A DNA stretch of 64,000 bases, from IMG/VR virus record IMGVR_UViG_3300023180_006024. The stretch is one strand, 5' to 3'. A model generated the notes under the pieces. It saw only the letters and a program-made list of their open reading frames with translations, was not told the DNA's origin and made no database searches. How positions within the stretch are numbered: position 1 is the stretch's first letter; each line of letters opens with the position of its first letter. This stretch comes from a virus. A program made the position numbers and the translations under genes. Of the stretch, positions 46,603 to 57,500 are shown piece by piece.

Positions 46603-47028
46603 CTATTTGTGTTCTAGTAGTGCCTGGCGTAGTTTTTGCGAACCACCAACTCTTACATTGATGATGCCGTTGTAGTATTCGTCTGTTTCTAATACACGCC
46701 TGTCAAACTGTTCTCGTGCTTCGATATAACTCATTTCTGCTCTGCTTTTACAGAAGTAAAGTATTTCACGAGTAAAGTTTTTTTCGCCTAGTGTTTTTAC
46801 ATCTTCGTTCAGTCTATCTGAACTTCCCCAGTATTCACGCCAATCGCTTTCTTTGTAACCGCGGCGTTTGTTCTTTTTGCCTTTTAGTGGTGGCTTGGTT
46901 GTTTTAAACTTTGCTAGTTTTTTGCCTACGTATTTTTGTTTTGTTTTTTTATTTGTAATCAGATATACAAAGCCTTCGTATTCATCTGGAATTGTTTCAA
47001 CTTTTTTGCCTTTATATGTCCAACTCAT
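46603..47028 (-). CDS. GIY-YIG endonuclease (Seg/EndoII-like, stand-alone catalytic domain)
   Basis: GFVYLITN...KYVGKK...YWGSS...FTREIL...E...YYN motifs. Confidence 0.85.
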   Translation of the reverse strand: MSWTYKGKKVETIPDEYEGFVYLITNKKTKQKYVGKKLAKFKTTKPPLKGKKNKRRGYKESDWREYWGSSDRLNEDVKTLGEKNFTREILYFCKSRAEMSYIEAREQFDRRVLETDEYYNGIINVRVGGSQKLRQALLEHK

Positions 47029-47035
47029 ATATTAG

Positions 47036-47281
47036 TTATTTTTTGCCTTGTGCTTCTCTTGCCTTTTTTGGATTATTGTTTTTTCTGCCGTCTTGTACAT
47101 GTCTAATGTGTTCTTCCATTATCTCATCACGTCTTACTTTGCAGAGATCACGTAGTTCGCCTAGCTTTTTGCGCACCTTTCTACGTTTTAACTCTGCAGG
47201 ACGCTGTTGGAATATTTCATTCAATGCGAAATAGTCCAATACTGCCTTGATTATCTTGTCATGTGTGTCTTCTTCGCTCAT
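47036..47281 (-). CDS. Hypothetical protein
   Basis: 81-aa ORF overlapping the gp46 stop. Confidence 0.65.
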   Translation of the reverse strand: MSEEDTHDKIIKAVLDYFALNEIFQQRPAELKRRKVRKKLGELRDLCKVRRDEIMEEHIRHVQDGRKNNNPKKAREAQGKK

Positions 47282-49056
47282 TCTACAATGTCAATATCGG
47301 TTGCATAGCTGGTAAAGCCATTTTCTTTAACAACTTTTAGTACATTGTTAACTCTACCAACTAGTTCGTCTTTGTGTGAGATAAGAAAAACATTTTTATT
47401 TCGTTCTCTTGTCATCTTTTTAAGAATGCCTATACTATTTTCTACTCCAGCAGTATCCATACCACTGTCAATCAACTCGTCAATAAACATTAAGTTAATA
47501 CTTTGGTATAAACTTTCCCAAACATCTCGAAATGCAAAGGAAAGACCAAGTATTAGCCTGTTACGTTCTCCACGTGACAAGTTATCGAAGTCTAAGTCCT
47601 GTCCTAGTTGTGTAATCTCTACTGCTAGGTCGTTTTGGAACACCACTTGATGCGGTAAGCCTATTTTATCTAGGTAATATGTGAGCCTTGCGTTTAAATA
47701 TGCCAAGTTTTGGTCGATAATCTTCTTTCTAATGAAAGAATCTTTGTTTGTAAGCAGTTTTAACAAGAACTCTTGGTGGTCTTTGAGGTTGTTTAACTCA
47801 TTCACCGATGTCCAATCAACTTCTTGCAATGCTGTTGTTTGTAAATCTTCAATTTGTGCCTGATAAGGATCTTCTTCTTGCTGTTTACTTAGCTTAGTTT
47901 GCTTTAAGTTATCTACGTTGTTTCTATGTTCATATGCTTCACGTGCAGTTTCGTAAAATGTAGTGGGTTTGCCGTTTATATTACCAATATCATCAAGAAA
48001 TCTCATGGTTGACTCTAGTTTATCAGCAACTTCTGTCTGATATGCTATTGAATCTTGTAGATCTTTAGTTTTTGTTGCAAGAATCTCTGCTTTTTTGTCT
48101 TCATGCAGTGCTTGACCGCAAGTATAGCAGGTTGCATCGTCTAAATCAGTGATATCCTTCTGTGCTTTGTCAACACTCTTGGTTGCTCGCATCAAAGCAC
48201 TCTCTAATGTAGACTTTTCTTTGTTTAAACTGGTTAAACGATTGTTTAATTCGGTCCAATCGCTAAGTTTTTCGTGACTATCTAGCTCTTTTTCAATATC
48301 TAGTTGTTCTAACTCGTTAATAGCATTGTCTAAACGCTGAATATCACTTTTTTGCTTGCTTTTCCATGCTTTTTGTCTATTAAACAGCGAATCGATACTG
48401 GTTTGTATCTTTTCGTTGGCAGAGTTAATAGCATCAATACGTAAAGTTTCTTCTGTAATAGCATCTTTTGTTTCTTTTATGCGATCTTTTAACGTATTTG
48501 CTTTATCACTGAGGATAGTTATACCTAATAACTGTTCAATAATAGCTCTCTGATCGTTTGTACGCATACTTAAGAACGGTTCGGTATATGTGTTTAATGC
48601 AACAATATGTTTGAACATATCGTGACTCATATTCAATAAATCACTGATACTTTCTTGTGTTTTTCTACTATCACCTTGACTTGCATCTTGTAAATCGTCA
48701 ACTTGTTCCTGTTCGTTTACATAAAACTTGAGTACATTAGGCGATCTACCACGTTCGATTCGATATTTGTTAGCGCCTTTCTCAAAGTTAAGCGTAACTA
48801 GCATGCCTTTGCTGTTTGTTTTGTTAATCAAGTTGTTTCTTTTGATGTTTGTAAGTGCTGTACCGTACAAAGCATAGGAAAGAGCATTGATAATAGTGGT
48901 TTTACCAGTGCCGTTTCTTGATCCTGTGTCATCTCCGCCTTGATCTAGGTTTTCACCTAATACAAGTGTAAGTTGTTCTTCGTCAAAGTCTACGGCTTGG
49001 GTTACATTTCCCACACTCATAAAGTTTTTTACTGTAAGGTCTTTAAGTTTTATCAT
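47278..49056 (-). CDS. gp46: Recombination exonuclease ATPase subunit (gp46/SbcC/Rad50)
   Basis: KNFMSVGN; Walker A NGTGKTT; CYTCGQ zinc hook; LSRGE signature; MFIDE Walker B; ISH. Confidence 0.95.
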   Translation of the reverse strand: MIKLKDLTVKNFMSVGNVTQAVDFDEEQLTLVLGENLDQGGDDTGSRNGTGKTTIINALSYALYGTALTNIKRNNLINKTNSKGMLVTLNFEKGANKYRIERGRSPNVLKFYVNEQEQVDDLQDASQGDSRKTQESISDLLNMSHDMFKHIVALNTYTEPFLSMRTNDQRAIIEQLLGITILSDKANTLKDRIKETKDAITEETLRIDAINSANEKIQTSIDSLFNRQKAWKSKQKSDIQRLDNAINELEQLDIEKELDSHEKLSDWTELNNRLTSLNKEKSTLESALMRATKSVDKAQKDITDLDDATCYTCGQALHEDKKAEILATKTKDLQDSIAYQTEVADKLESTMRFLDDIGNINGKPTTFYETAREAYEHRNNVDNLKQTKLSKQQEEDPYQAQIEDLQTTALQEVDWTSVNELNNLKDHQEFLLKLLTNKDSFIRKKIIDQNLAYLNARLTYYLDKIGLPHQVVFQNDLAVEITQLGQDLDFDNLSRGERNRLILGLSFAFRDVWESLYQSINLMFIDELIDSGMDTAGVENSIGILKKMTRERNKNVFLISHKDELVGRVNNVLKVVKENGFTSYATDIDIVE

Positions 49057-50066
49057 TCTAGCTCATTGTATATTTCTAAAAGTAACGATTTATTAAAGTT
49101 TTCACTATCTATTGCTAGTATTTCGTTACTAACAATCTGGTCAACACTTTCAAAGTGCTCGATATCTAGCTCTGAACTAATGTCTTCGATGCTTTTTTGT
49201 GGAATAAGAGTAATTTCTCTGCACTGATAGTCTTTAATAAAAGTTTCTTTGATAAAGGTAGCTTCTTCAAAGCTAATCGGCAAGTCTAATGTAACTCTCA
49301 AGTACATGTTAGGCTTAATCAGTGAGTCTTTTTCGTCAATCAACTGTGATAACTTTACTGTACGGTATTTAGGACAATCTAACCAGTTAATATATAATGG
49401 TTCTGCTGCATTTTCTCTATCCAACACCATCATACCACGGTCATCATCCCAAGCATCTGCATAGTTATGCGGAAATGCGTTACCAATATAGTGTACATTC
49501 TTCTGACTTTGACGTTTGTGGAAGTGTCCTGTAAACACATATTCAGGTTTTGTTAAGTTTTCTGCTTTAAGTTCGCCGTGATCTGGCATTCTTACCATAG
49601 CGTTCATTAAAAAGTTAGGAAGTTCAAAGTGTCCAAACATATATTTGCAATCTAGTGCTGCAACTTTTTTCCATTCGTCACTTACCATCCACGGAACCAG
49701 GGCAACATCTTCGATTTGCATAATATCATCAACGACTGTAATGCCAGGAATGTGTTTTGCCCACTCTGTGCTTTTAATATCACGTTTATCTTTGAAATAC
49801 AAATCGTGGTTACCAGCAAACATATAAAACTGATCAAATGCTGCACCTAGTTTTTCTAAACTGCGAATACCAGCATCCATAGTGGTTAAGTTAAGACTAT
49901 TTCTATTGTGATTCCAATCTCCACAAAAAATACCAGTCTCGCAACCATGTTCTTTTGCTGTTTCGATGTACCAATCGACAAAATCTTCACAATCTTTGTT
50001 ATGAACACGACTATTGCCTTTCATACCAAAGTGAATGTCAGTAAATACTGCTGCTTTTTTAAACAA
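49053..50066 (-). CDS. gp47: Recombination endonuclease subunit (gp47/SbcD/Mre11)
   Basis: TDIHFG, CGD, AGNHD, GHF and GHFHKR metallophosphoesterase motifs. Confidence 0.95.
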   Translation of the reverse strand: MFKKAAVFTDIHFGMKGNSRVHNKDCEDFVDWYIETAKEHGCETGIFCGDWNHNRNSLNLTTMDAGIRSLEKLGAAFDQFYMFAGNHDLYFKDKRDIKSTEWAKHIPGITVVDDIMQIEDVALVPWMVSDEWKKVAALDCKYMFGHFELPNFLMNAMVRMPDHGELKAENLTKPEYVFTGHFHKRQSQKNVHYIGNAFPHNYADAWDDDRGMMVLDRENAAEPLYINWLDCPKYRTVKLSQLIDEKDSLIKPNMYLRVTLDLPISFEEATFIKETFIKDYQCREITLIPQKSIEDISSELDIEHFESVDQIVSNEILAIDSENFNKSLLLEIYNELE

Positions 50067-50089
50067 ACTTATACTCCGTGTTTAATACT

Positions 50090-50118
50090 ATTGTAAAACA
50101 CTAATAAATCTAAGTCAA
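50090..50118 (-). promoter_or_regulatory. Sigma70-like promoter for the gp47-gp46-GIY-YIG operon
   Basis: TTGACT-N17-TACAAT on the minus strand. Confidence 0.75.
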
Positions 50119-50122
50119 CCGG

Positions 50123-50947
50123 TTATTTTTTCTCTGATTCTCTGCGGAGAGCAGCTTCCCACTCGCCTGCGTGTTGTCTTGTATGACTTGGATTGAGGTT
50201 ATTTATTTCAAGAATGTCATCTCGTATGTTTTGATTGCGTTTTTCGAGGTTTATAACTCGAACAAAACTGTTTGTGACTGCTGCTGTGTAATATGCAAAA
50301 GGATTTTGCGACTTTGATTCGTCAAACTGTAACCCAATCTGCGAAAGTTGCAAAATAGCTTGTCCTTTCATTTCGTCGTTGTAAGTATATCCACGCACAT
50401 TGCCTCTTGTGGCATATCTATCAACTAGTTTTAACCACATCATTGCAAGTTTGTTTGTAGCACGACCATTTGCTTTTTCAAAATAGCCGTTTTCCATGCC
50501 ACCGACCCAATGACTCTTTCCTACACATATTAAATTGTCGTTTTCGTCAAACTTCCAATGCTGAAATGGTGGAAAGTTTAGTTTTGTTTTTTTATCTGCA
50601 ACAGTTTTTGGGTTCTTTTTTCTACCAGGTTCGTCTGGAATGTGATCAAACGTCATAATACGGAAAACTAAATCTTCTTTTTGTATTTTTTTGTAATCAT
50701 ACTCGCATTCTGCAAGTTTAACCTTGTTACCTATTGATTTTTCATATTCGTATTTTTGATTTGTAAGTAGTTTAGCACGATTTTTCTTTGCTTCACTGAT
50801 TGTTCTAATATTGATTTTATCAACTGATGGTAATATAATATCATAACTTGCATATTCGGGATCGACAAAACTACAGAATGTGTTTTTTGACTTGTGTATT
50901 TCAGCAAGCATGTCTTTATTGTTTAAATAATTTACTTTTCTAGCCAT
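50123..50947 (-). CDS. gp55: Late-transcription sigma factor (gp55-like)
   Basis: NYLNNKDML...N.RGYTYNDEM...FDESKSQNPFAYYT...NSF.R.I..EKR; adjacent to gp47/gp46 as in T4. Confidence 0.85.
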   Translation of the reverse strand: MARKVNYLNNKDMLAEIHKSKNTFCSFVDPEYASYDIILPSVDKINIRTISEAKKNRAKLLTNQKYEYEKSIGNKVKLAECEYDYKKIQKEDLVFRIMTFDHIPDEPGRKKNPKTVADKKTKLNFPPFQHWKFDENDNLICVGKSHWVGGMENGYFEKANGRATNKLAMMWLKLVDRYATRGNVRGYTYNDEMKGQAILQLSQIGLQFDESKSQNPFAYYTAAVTNSFVRVINLEKRNQNIRDDILEINNLNPSHTRQHAGEWEAALRRESEKK

Positions 50948-50964
50948 ATGTGCTCCTAAGATTG

Positions 50965-51005
50965 TATTTATAATAAACTACGTACTTAAAAAAGTCAACT
51001 AAATA
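50965..51005. promoter_or_regulatory. Divergent promoter region (sigma70-like and late)
   Basis: Minus strand: TTGACT-N17-TATTAT (50970-50998) overlapping TATAAATA (50965-50972). Plus strand: TAAATA at 51000-51005. Confidence 0.7.
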
Positions 51006-51021
51006 CTATAGGAGACTCAGC

Positions 51022-51894
51022 ATGGCTTTTTGGAACTTTTTAGATACTATTGAAGATATTACTAACACTGTTGGAGGTGTTGTTAATACAGTTCAATCGG
51101 GTATTAACACAGTAAAAAATATTAAAAACACTTTTGACGATTTTATTGACGATCCGTTTGGATTAATTTCAACTATTCGTCGAGGAACAATACCTCCAGG
51201 AGCAGAACCATTAACTCCTATTATACAAAATGCTAGTTTTTTAGCAGACAATGGTAGTGGCGAAGATTGGAGAGTTAGAATACACATTCCGGCAAGTCCA
51301 CAAAACATGTTTGGAGCAGATATTTTTACTCCTTTAAGGAATAGCAACAACAGTATGGTATTTCCAACAACTCCACAGATTTTGGTTACACATAGTGCAA
51401 ACTATAGTATGCTTTCTCCAATACATACTAACTATCCATATCCTGTTTATCAAAACAGTCAAGTTGAGGATATTACCATTACAGGAGAGTTTCCGGTTGA
51501 AAACGAAGCAGATGGTAGATATTGGATTTCAAGTGTGCATTTTTTAAGAACGATTACAAAAATGTTTTACGGAAACGGAGATGCAAAAGGTGCCCCACCA
51601 CCTAGAGTAGCATTAAGCGGTTACGGAGATTTTATTTTTCAGCGTACTCCTGTAATAGTTAAAATGTTTAGTGTTGACTTACCAAGAGATGTAGACTATA
51701 TCAAAGTACCTATTGCACAAAGCGACATAGGCGATGCAAGTGCAGCAGGAACATACACATATGTTCCTACATTAAGCACACTAAACATTACAGTACAACC
51801 AGTATACAGTAGAGATATCACTAGACAGTTTAATCTTACAGACTTTGCAAGTGGTGCCTATATTACTGATCCTAATAAAGGAGGATTTATTTAA
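51022..51894 (+). CDS. Baseplate tail-tube cap/initiator (gp48/gp54-like)
   Basis: DWRVRI...VFPTTPQI...H.NY...HFLRTITKMFYG...GAPPP; first gene of the baseplate operon. Confidence 0.6.
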   Translation: MAFWNFLDTIEDITNTVGGVVNTVQSGINTVKNIKNTFDDFIDDPFGLISTIRRGTIPPGAEPLTPIIQNASFLADNGSGEDWRVRIHIPASPQNMFGADIFTPLRNSNNSMVFPTTPQILVTHSANYSMLSPIHTNYPYPVYQNSQVEDITITGEFPVENEADGRYWISSVHFLRTITKMFYGNGDAKGAPPPRVALSGYGDFIFQRTPVIVKMFSVDLPRDVDYIKVPIAQSDIGDASAAGTYTYVPTLSTLNITVQPVYSRDITRQFNLTDFASGAYITDPNKGGFI

Positions 51895-52193
51895 TGGCAC
51901 AATATTCACAGAAAAGTCCTTATCAGTTTACTAAACTAGAAAAAAACAATCTAGGTTATTATGTTCACGTTCCTATTATTGGCGAAGACGATGACATAAA
52001 CTATACTATACAACCGCAATATAACTTTAGACCTGATTTATTAGCATATGATTTATACAAAGATGCAAAACTTTGGTGGGTATTTACAAATCGTAATATG
52101 GAAATATTAAAAGATCCTATATTTGACTTTAGAGCTGGTGTTGAAATAAAGCTACCTAAACAAAGTTATCTCAGTAGAATACTTGGAGGTTAA
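51894..52193 (+). CDS. Baseplate wedge protein (gp53-like, LysM-like)
   Basis: YNFRPDLLAYDLYKDAKLWWVF..RN...DP. Confidence 0.8.
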   Translation: MAQYSQKSPYQFTKLEKNNLGYYVHVPIIGEDDDINYTIQPQYNFRPDLLAYDLYKDAKLWWVFTNRNMEILKDPIFDFRAGVEIKLPKQSYLSRILGG

Positions 52194-54551
52194 ATGGCTA
52201 CGCTTAGAAATGAACTGCACAAGTTTGTATCTTATAACTATCGTTGGAGATTTGCTTGTTTATCTCAAACCGAGTTTAATACGGGTAATATCACCTACAA
52301 TAGCGGTGTAACTCTTATTGAAACTGGCGGGCTAGGAAACAATGCTGTTGTACAAACAGCAGTTGAAAGAGCATTAGGCATTAATGTTGAATATTTCATA
52401 GATGATGTAAATATCGAATATTTGCACAGTTTCAATCCAGGTACAGGATATGCTAACGCAACTCAGTTATCGTTTACTGTAACAGAACCGTACAGTGTTG
52501 GATTATTTTTCCAAGCACTTGCAATAGGTGCAGCAGAAGTTGGTCACACTAACTATCTCAATACACCATTTTTGTTAGCATGTGAATTTGTTGGGTTTGA
52601 TGATTCAGGTGCAAGCAGTGTTGTGCCTGGTGCATTACTGTGCATAAAACTAGTAGACATGCAGTTTAGTGTAGAAGCGTCTGGAAGTGTATATCAGCTT
52701 AACGCAATACCATACAACCATGTTGCATTTGCTGATACATTTAACACAACTAGAACAAATACTACTTTTTCTGGTGCAACAGTATCAGAAGTTTTACAAG
52801 ATTTTATCACTGAAATAAACAGACAAGAATTTCAAAAATCGCAACAAGGTTTAGTTGCACAACCTGATGCATATAGAATAGAGTTTCCGAATGATATTTC
52901 ATCTGTTACAGGTGGAACAAATACATATACTCAAACTGTTCAAACTGGCGAAGATGCACAACGTGCTGTAGATGCTTCTTTAAGTGGTGCAAATGATTTT
53001 GTAGAGGCACAAGATTTTATAAGACAAAGAAGCATTGAAAATGCATTTAACCTAGATCCAAACCTAAGATTTGAACAAGAACAAAGTTTAAATGTTGTTC
53101 GAAGTGAAGCAGCGCAAGCAGCATTTGATCCGTCTGTAAACATAATAGGAAATGCTCCTATAGTCAACAACTTTTCTGATTTTGGTATAAACGATTTTGG
53201 TGATAACACTATCATTTGGAATGCTGAAAGAAGAGTATGGCAAAGAGGATCAATGTCTATTAGTGAAACCGATAGAAGATTTCAGTTTGCGCCAGGAACA
53301 AAAATAGAAAGAATAATAGAAGAAGTAATATTAACCAGTGATTATGGGCAGTCGTTATTGTCTCAAACACCAGTTGATGAAATGGTAAACTGGTTTAAGA
53401 TAACAAGTAGAGTTTTTGTAGCAGATGCACAAGAAGATCAAGTATCAGGTAGACCAGCTTATGAAATAGTTTATGTAGTTACTCCATTTAGAATGCATAT
53501 GAGTGCTATAAGTCAAGTTACAGCAGACTTTAGTTACTCCTATGCTATAGATAATGCACATAAAGCATATAGATATAGCTACACCGGCGATAATAGTGAT
53601 ATACTAGAGTTTACATTTAATATTGATAACAGCTTTTATAAAGAACTTGCAACTACTGCAAACACTCCTGCAAATGTTCACGAAGGTGGTAATATCACAG
53701 GTTTAGAAAATAATGCACAGTATTCTGCATCAGCCAGTGCTTCAGCTAATGCAACAAGCACGATTACAAGACATAATAGAGTGAACTTTATTCCTATTGA
53801 TGCAAGTGGCGGCGCCGGAATGGAAGAAAATGCTCTCAGAGCAGCTAGAATATTTAATGCAAATATTTTAAATAGCGATGTTGATAACATCGAACTAGAA
53901 CTTAAAATATGGGGCGATCCTTTTTATCTGCATGATAGTGATTTTGGTAACAGATCTGTATCTGCGGGACCAGAAGGATTAAATGCAGATGGTACAGTTG
54001 ATTTTTTACGATCAGAAGTTTTTGTTTTGATTGATTTTAAAAGTGCAGTAGATTATAACGGTAACTTATTACAAATAGATCCTATTAATCAGTTTAGTGG
54101 TGTATACAAACTTGTAACTTTCACAAGTAGCTTTTCTGACGGAATGTACAATAATACTTTAACACTACTAAGAATGGCAAACCAGCCTTCGAATAGTATT
54201 CTAAGATTACGAAACCTACTCAACGATTTGCCTCAGAATAACAATGCACTCATAGACGAGTTATCAAGTGTTGCAAACAACGAGTTTAAGCCGTTGTTAC
54301 AAAGAGCACAACAGTTTCAGCAAGCATACACACATTTTCAAAATCTAGATATTGAAAATTTAGCAAAACTTGCACCAGGAAATCTCGGACAGGTTCTTAA
54401 CCAGTTTGATAACCTAGTATCAGAAGCAAGACAGATAGAACAAAATATACAAAAAACTTTAGACTTTATACAAGATCCACTTGCAGGTATCAATGACTTT
54501 GCTAGAGATTTTAAATCACAACTAGATAACATATTTAAAGGATTACGATGA
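52194..54551 (+). CDS. Baseplate hub protein (gp27/gpD-like)
   Basis: FTVTEPYS..F, ELKIWGDP, FSGVYKLV...F..G motifs; lies between gp53-like and gp5-like genes. Confidence 0.6.
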   Translation: MATLRNELHKFVSYNYRWRFACLSQTEFNTGNITYNSGVTLIETGGLGNNAVVQTAVERALGINVEYFIDDVNIEYLHSFNPGTGYANATQLSFTVTEPYSVGLFFQALAIGAAEVGHTNYLNTPFLLACEFVGFDDSGASSVVPGALLCIKLVDMQFSVEASGSVYQLNAIPYNHVAFADTFNTTRTNTTFSGATVSEVLQDFITEINRQEFQKSQQGLVAQPDAYRIEFPNDISSVTGGTNTYTQTVQTGEDAQRAVDASLSGANDFVEAQDFIRQRSIENAFNLDPNLRFEQEQSLNVVRSEAAQAAFDPSVNIIGNAPIVNNFSDFGINDFGDNTIIWNAERRVWQRGSMSISETDRRFQFAPGTKIERIIEEVILTSDYGQSLLSQTPVDEMVNWFKITSRVFVADAQEDQVSGRPAYEIVYVVTPFRMHMSAISQVTADFSYSYAIDNAHKAYRYSYTGDNSDILEFTFNIDNSFYKELATTANTPANVHEGGNITGLENNAQYSASASASANATSTITRHNRVNFIPIDASGGAGMEENALRAARIFNANILNSDVDNIELELKIWGDPFYLHDSDFGNRSVSAGPEGLNADGTVDFLRSEVFVLIDFKSAVDYNGNLLQIDPINQFSGVYKLVTFTSSFSDGMYNNTLTLLRMANQPSNSILRLRNLLNDLPQNNNALIDELSSVANNEFKPLLQRAQQFQQAYTHFQNLDIENLAKLAPGNLGQVLNQFDNLVSEARQIEQNIQKTLDFIQDPLAGINDFARDFKSQLDNIFKGLR

Positions 54552-57500
54552 GATCACAAGAGCGTAGAAGTGCAAGATCTTCAGATAGATCTTACAACAC
54601 AGGACCTTTTATAGGTAGGATTGTATCTCACCTTGACCAAAAGTTTATGGGTGCGTTACAAGTACAAATATTAAATTACAATGACACAGGAGATGATTAT
54701 CAAGCAAGTAATGAAGTAATCACTTGTTTTTATGCACCTCCATTTTATGGAGCAACACCTAGTACTGGATTGCAAGGTGGCACAACTTATGCAGAAAGTA
54801 CACAAAGTTATGGCATGTGGTTTGTTCCTCCTGATGTGGGTTCAAAAGTTTTAGTAATGCTCATAGAAGGTAGAAGAGATTTTGGTTATTGGTTTGCGTG
54901 TGTGCCTGAAGAGTTTATGAACTTTATGATTCCTGACGGTAGAGCAAGTACTTTGAATACTACTGCTAATGCCGATCTGCAAAGTGAAATACCTGAAATG
55001 GTTGCAGCAGCAGAAGGACTGAAAGTTCCTGTAGGAGAATACAACAGAGCTACTATAGATCCAGCCGGAGAAACACAGCCTACTAACTACCCTAAACCTA
55101 GAAATGATTTGTTTATTGAAAGATTAACCGAACAAGGTTTATTAGCTGATGATATTAGAGGAACTACAAGCACAAGTGCTAGAAGAGAAGTTCCTAGCAT
55201 GGTTTTTGGTGTAAGCACACCTGGTCCTATGGACAAAAGACCAAACGCTCCTACTACTAATATTGGCACTGTGCAAAATGAAATAAATGTCCCAAGTAGT
55301 AGATTAGGTGGCAGTAGCATTGTTATGGATGACGGCGACGACAAGTTTGTAAGAGTAGGTCCTGCCGACAGCACTCCATCTGAATATATTGATAGAGAAT
55401 ATGGTTCAACAACTGAAGGCGATGTAACAATACCTGCTAATGAATTGATAAGGATGCGTACTCGTACAGGACATCAAATATTATTACACAATAGTGAAGA
55501 TTTGATTTATATAGGTAATGCCAGGGGAACAAGTTGGATTGAAATGACCAGCAATGGTAAAATTGACATTTATGCAAATGACAGTATAAGTGTGCACTCC
55601 GAAAACGACTTAAACTTCAGTGCGGATAGAGATATCAACTTTGAGTGTAGAAATATGAATATGGTTATTGGCGGCACATATAAAAATAGCACATCAAAAT
55701 CTCATAGCACTACATCAGGAGAGTTTTTTGCAGTCAAAGCCGGTGACAGTATAACACACGATGCAGGTACATTTATTTCAGATACTGCTCAATCAGGCAT
55801 TTCGCATAGTGCAAATTCAGGAAGCATTGGCATTACAGAAAGCGGCGAAATATGCATTGATAGTGATAGAAATATTAATGTAAACAGTGCAGACAATTTT
55901 AATCTTACCACAGGATTGAACTTTAATCTAAAGAGTACTGGAGGTATTTTCTTAACATCAACTGAAGCTGATTTACATTTGTTTAGCCAACAGCGTATGA
56001 ATATTAACACAAATGCTGTAATGAACCTTAGATCAGAAAGCACAATGAATCTGCATACAAAAAGTAACATGAATACACAAGTTGATGGAAAGCATAAAAG
56101 CACAGCAGATCTTGGATTTGAGTTTTTTACTCCTATTGCATATAATGTTTGGGCCGAAGGCAATATGAACCTAAAAGTTGACGGTGACATTCTTAGCTAT
56201 AGTAATGGTAATACATACATCAAATCTAATAACTACATAAATTTACAAAGTACTAATGATATAAATGTTAAATCATCGCAAGCTATTCGAATAAATCCTA
56301 CTGGTGCATTAAGTTTATACTCAGGTAATAATACGGTTTATATTGATGGCACAACTGATGTACGTATAAACGAAGGCGGTAGTACAGCAGCAAATACTGC
56401 TGATACAGCAAGACAAGCAGAAGAAGTAACTGTGTTCGCACCAGAAGCATATTTTGCATCAGAAGCAACACAGTGTGCTACACTTCCTCCGGTAAATCCT
56501 TTTGAAGCAGATTTGCTGGCTCGTAAGCCAATGCATGAGCCATGGGCACAACATGAAAATTTAAATCCGTTACTTTACACACCAGAAAGAACCGAAGCTG
56601 GACAACCATCGGAAGATAGTTTTAAAACTCCTATTGCTGATACATTTATCAATATTGGAAAAGATAGAGGCACAGCAGACACAACTGTTAGCACCACAAC
56701 TAACAGAGCTATTGAGCCTTTAGACGAGGGAGGCGATATTGGAGACGATGTAGATTTAGACCTAGTTGGATTAAGCGATAATGTTGAGTTTGCGTTTAAC
56801 TATCTAAAACAACAACTAAATCTTACAGATGCTCAAGCCGCAGGTATTGTAGGAAATATACGAGTTGAATCGTATCCAGAAATCAGACCACAAGCATACA
56901 ATGGCGCTGGCGGAGGTTTAGGTGCTAGAGGTATTGTGCAATGGCGAGGAGATAGAATACGCAAGTTTAGAGAACGTTACAATAAAGATATTCTAGAAGC
57001 AAGTTTACAAGAGCAGTTAGATTACCTTATTTGGGAAATCACAGATCCTACATCTCCTGAAGCATGGGCAAAAACTTTGGAAAGATTAAGAGAAACAAGA
57101 ACACCTGCAGAAGCAGCTAGAAGTTTTGAAGCTACATTTGAAAGATCGGGCGGACATAATCTAACTACTAGAGTTCGTTATGCTGAAGAAGTCTATCTTG
57201 CAGCACAAGATGCATTTGAACTTGTTGAAAGAACAGAACCTGGCTCACCGCCTCATCCAGATGTACGTATCGAAAGAGGTGAAGTTGTGCCAGAAGGCGA
57301 ATCCGATGTAGAAACAAATCCAAACGCAGAAAGTAGAAGTCTTTCAGGCGATGCTGGAGATATAGTTATACAACAAAACCGTGCATGTAGTAGACGATTT
57401 GATATTTCTCCGCAGTTAGAAAGAATACTTAGACGTGCCGCCGCTGCCGCAGGTATTACAAAAATCTATATTTCAAGTGCAGGTCAAGCACCAAAAGGAC

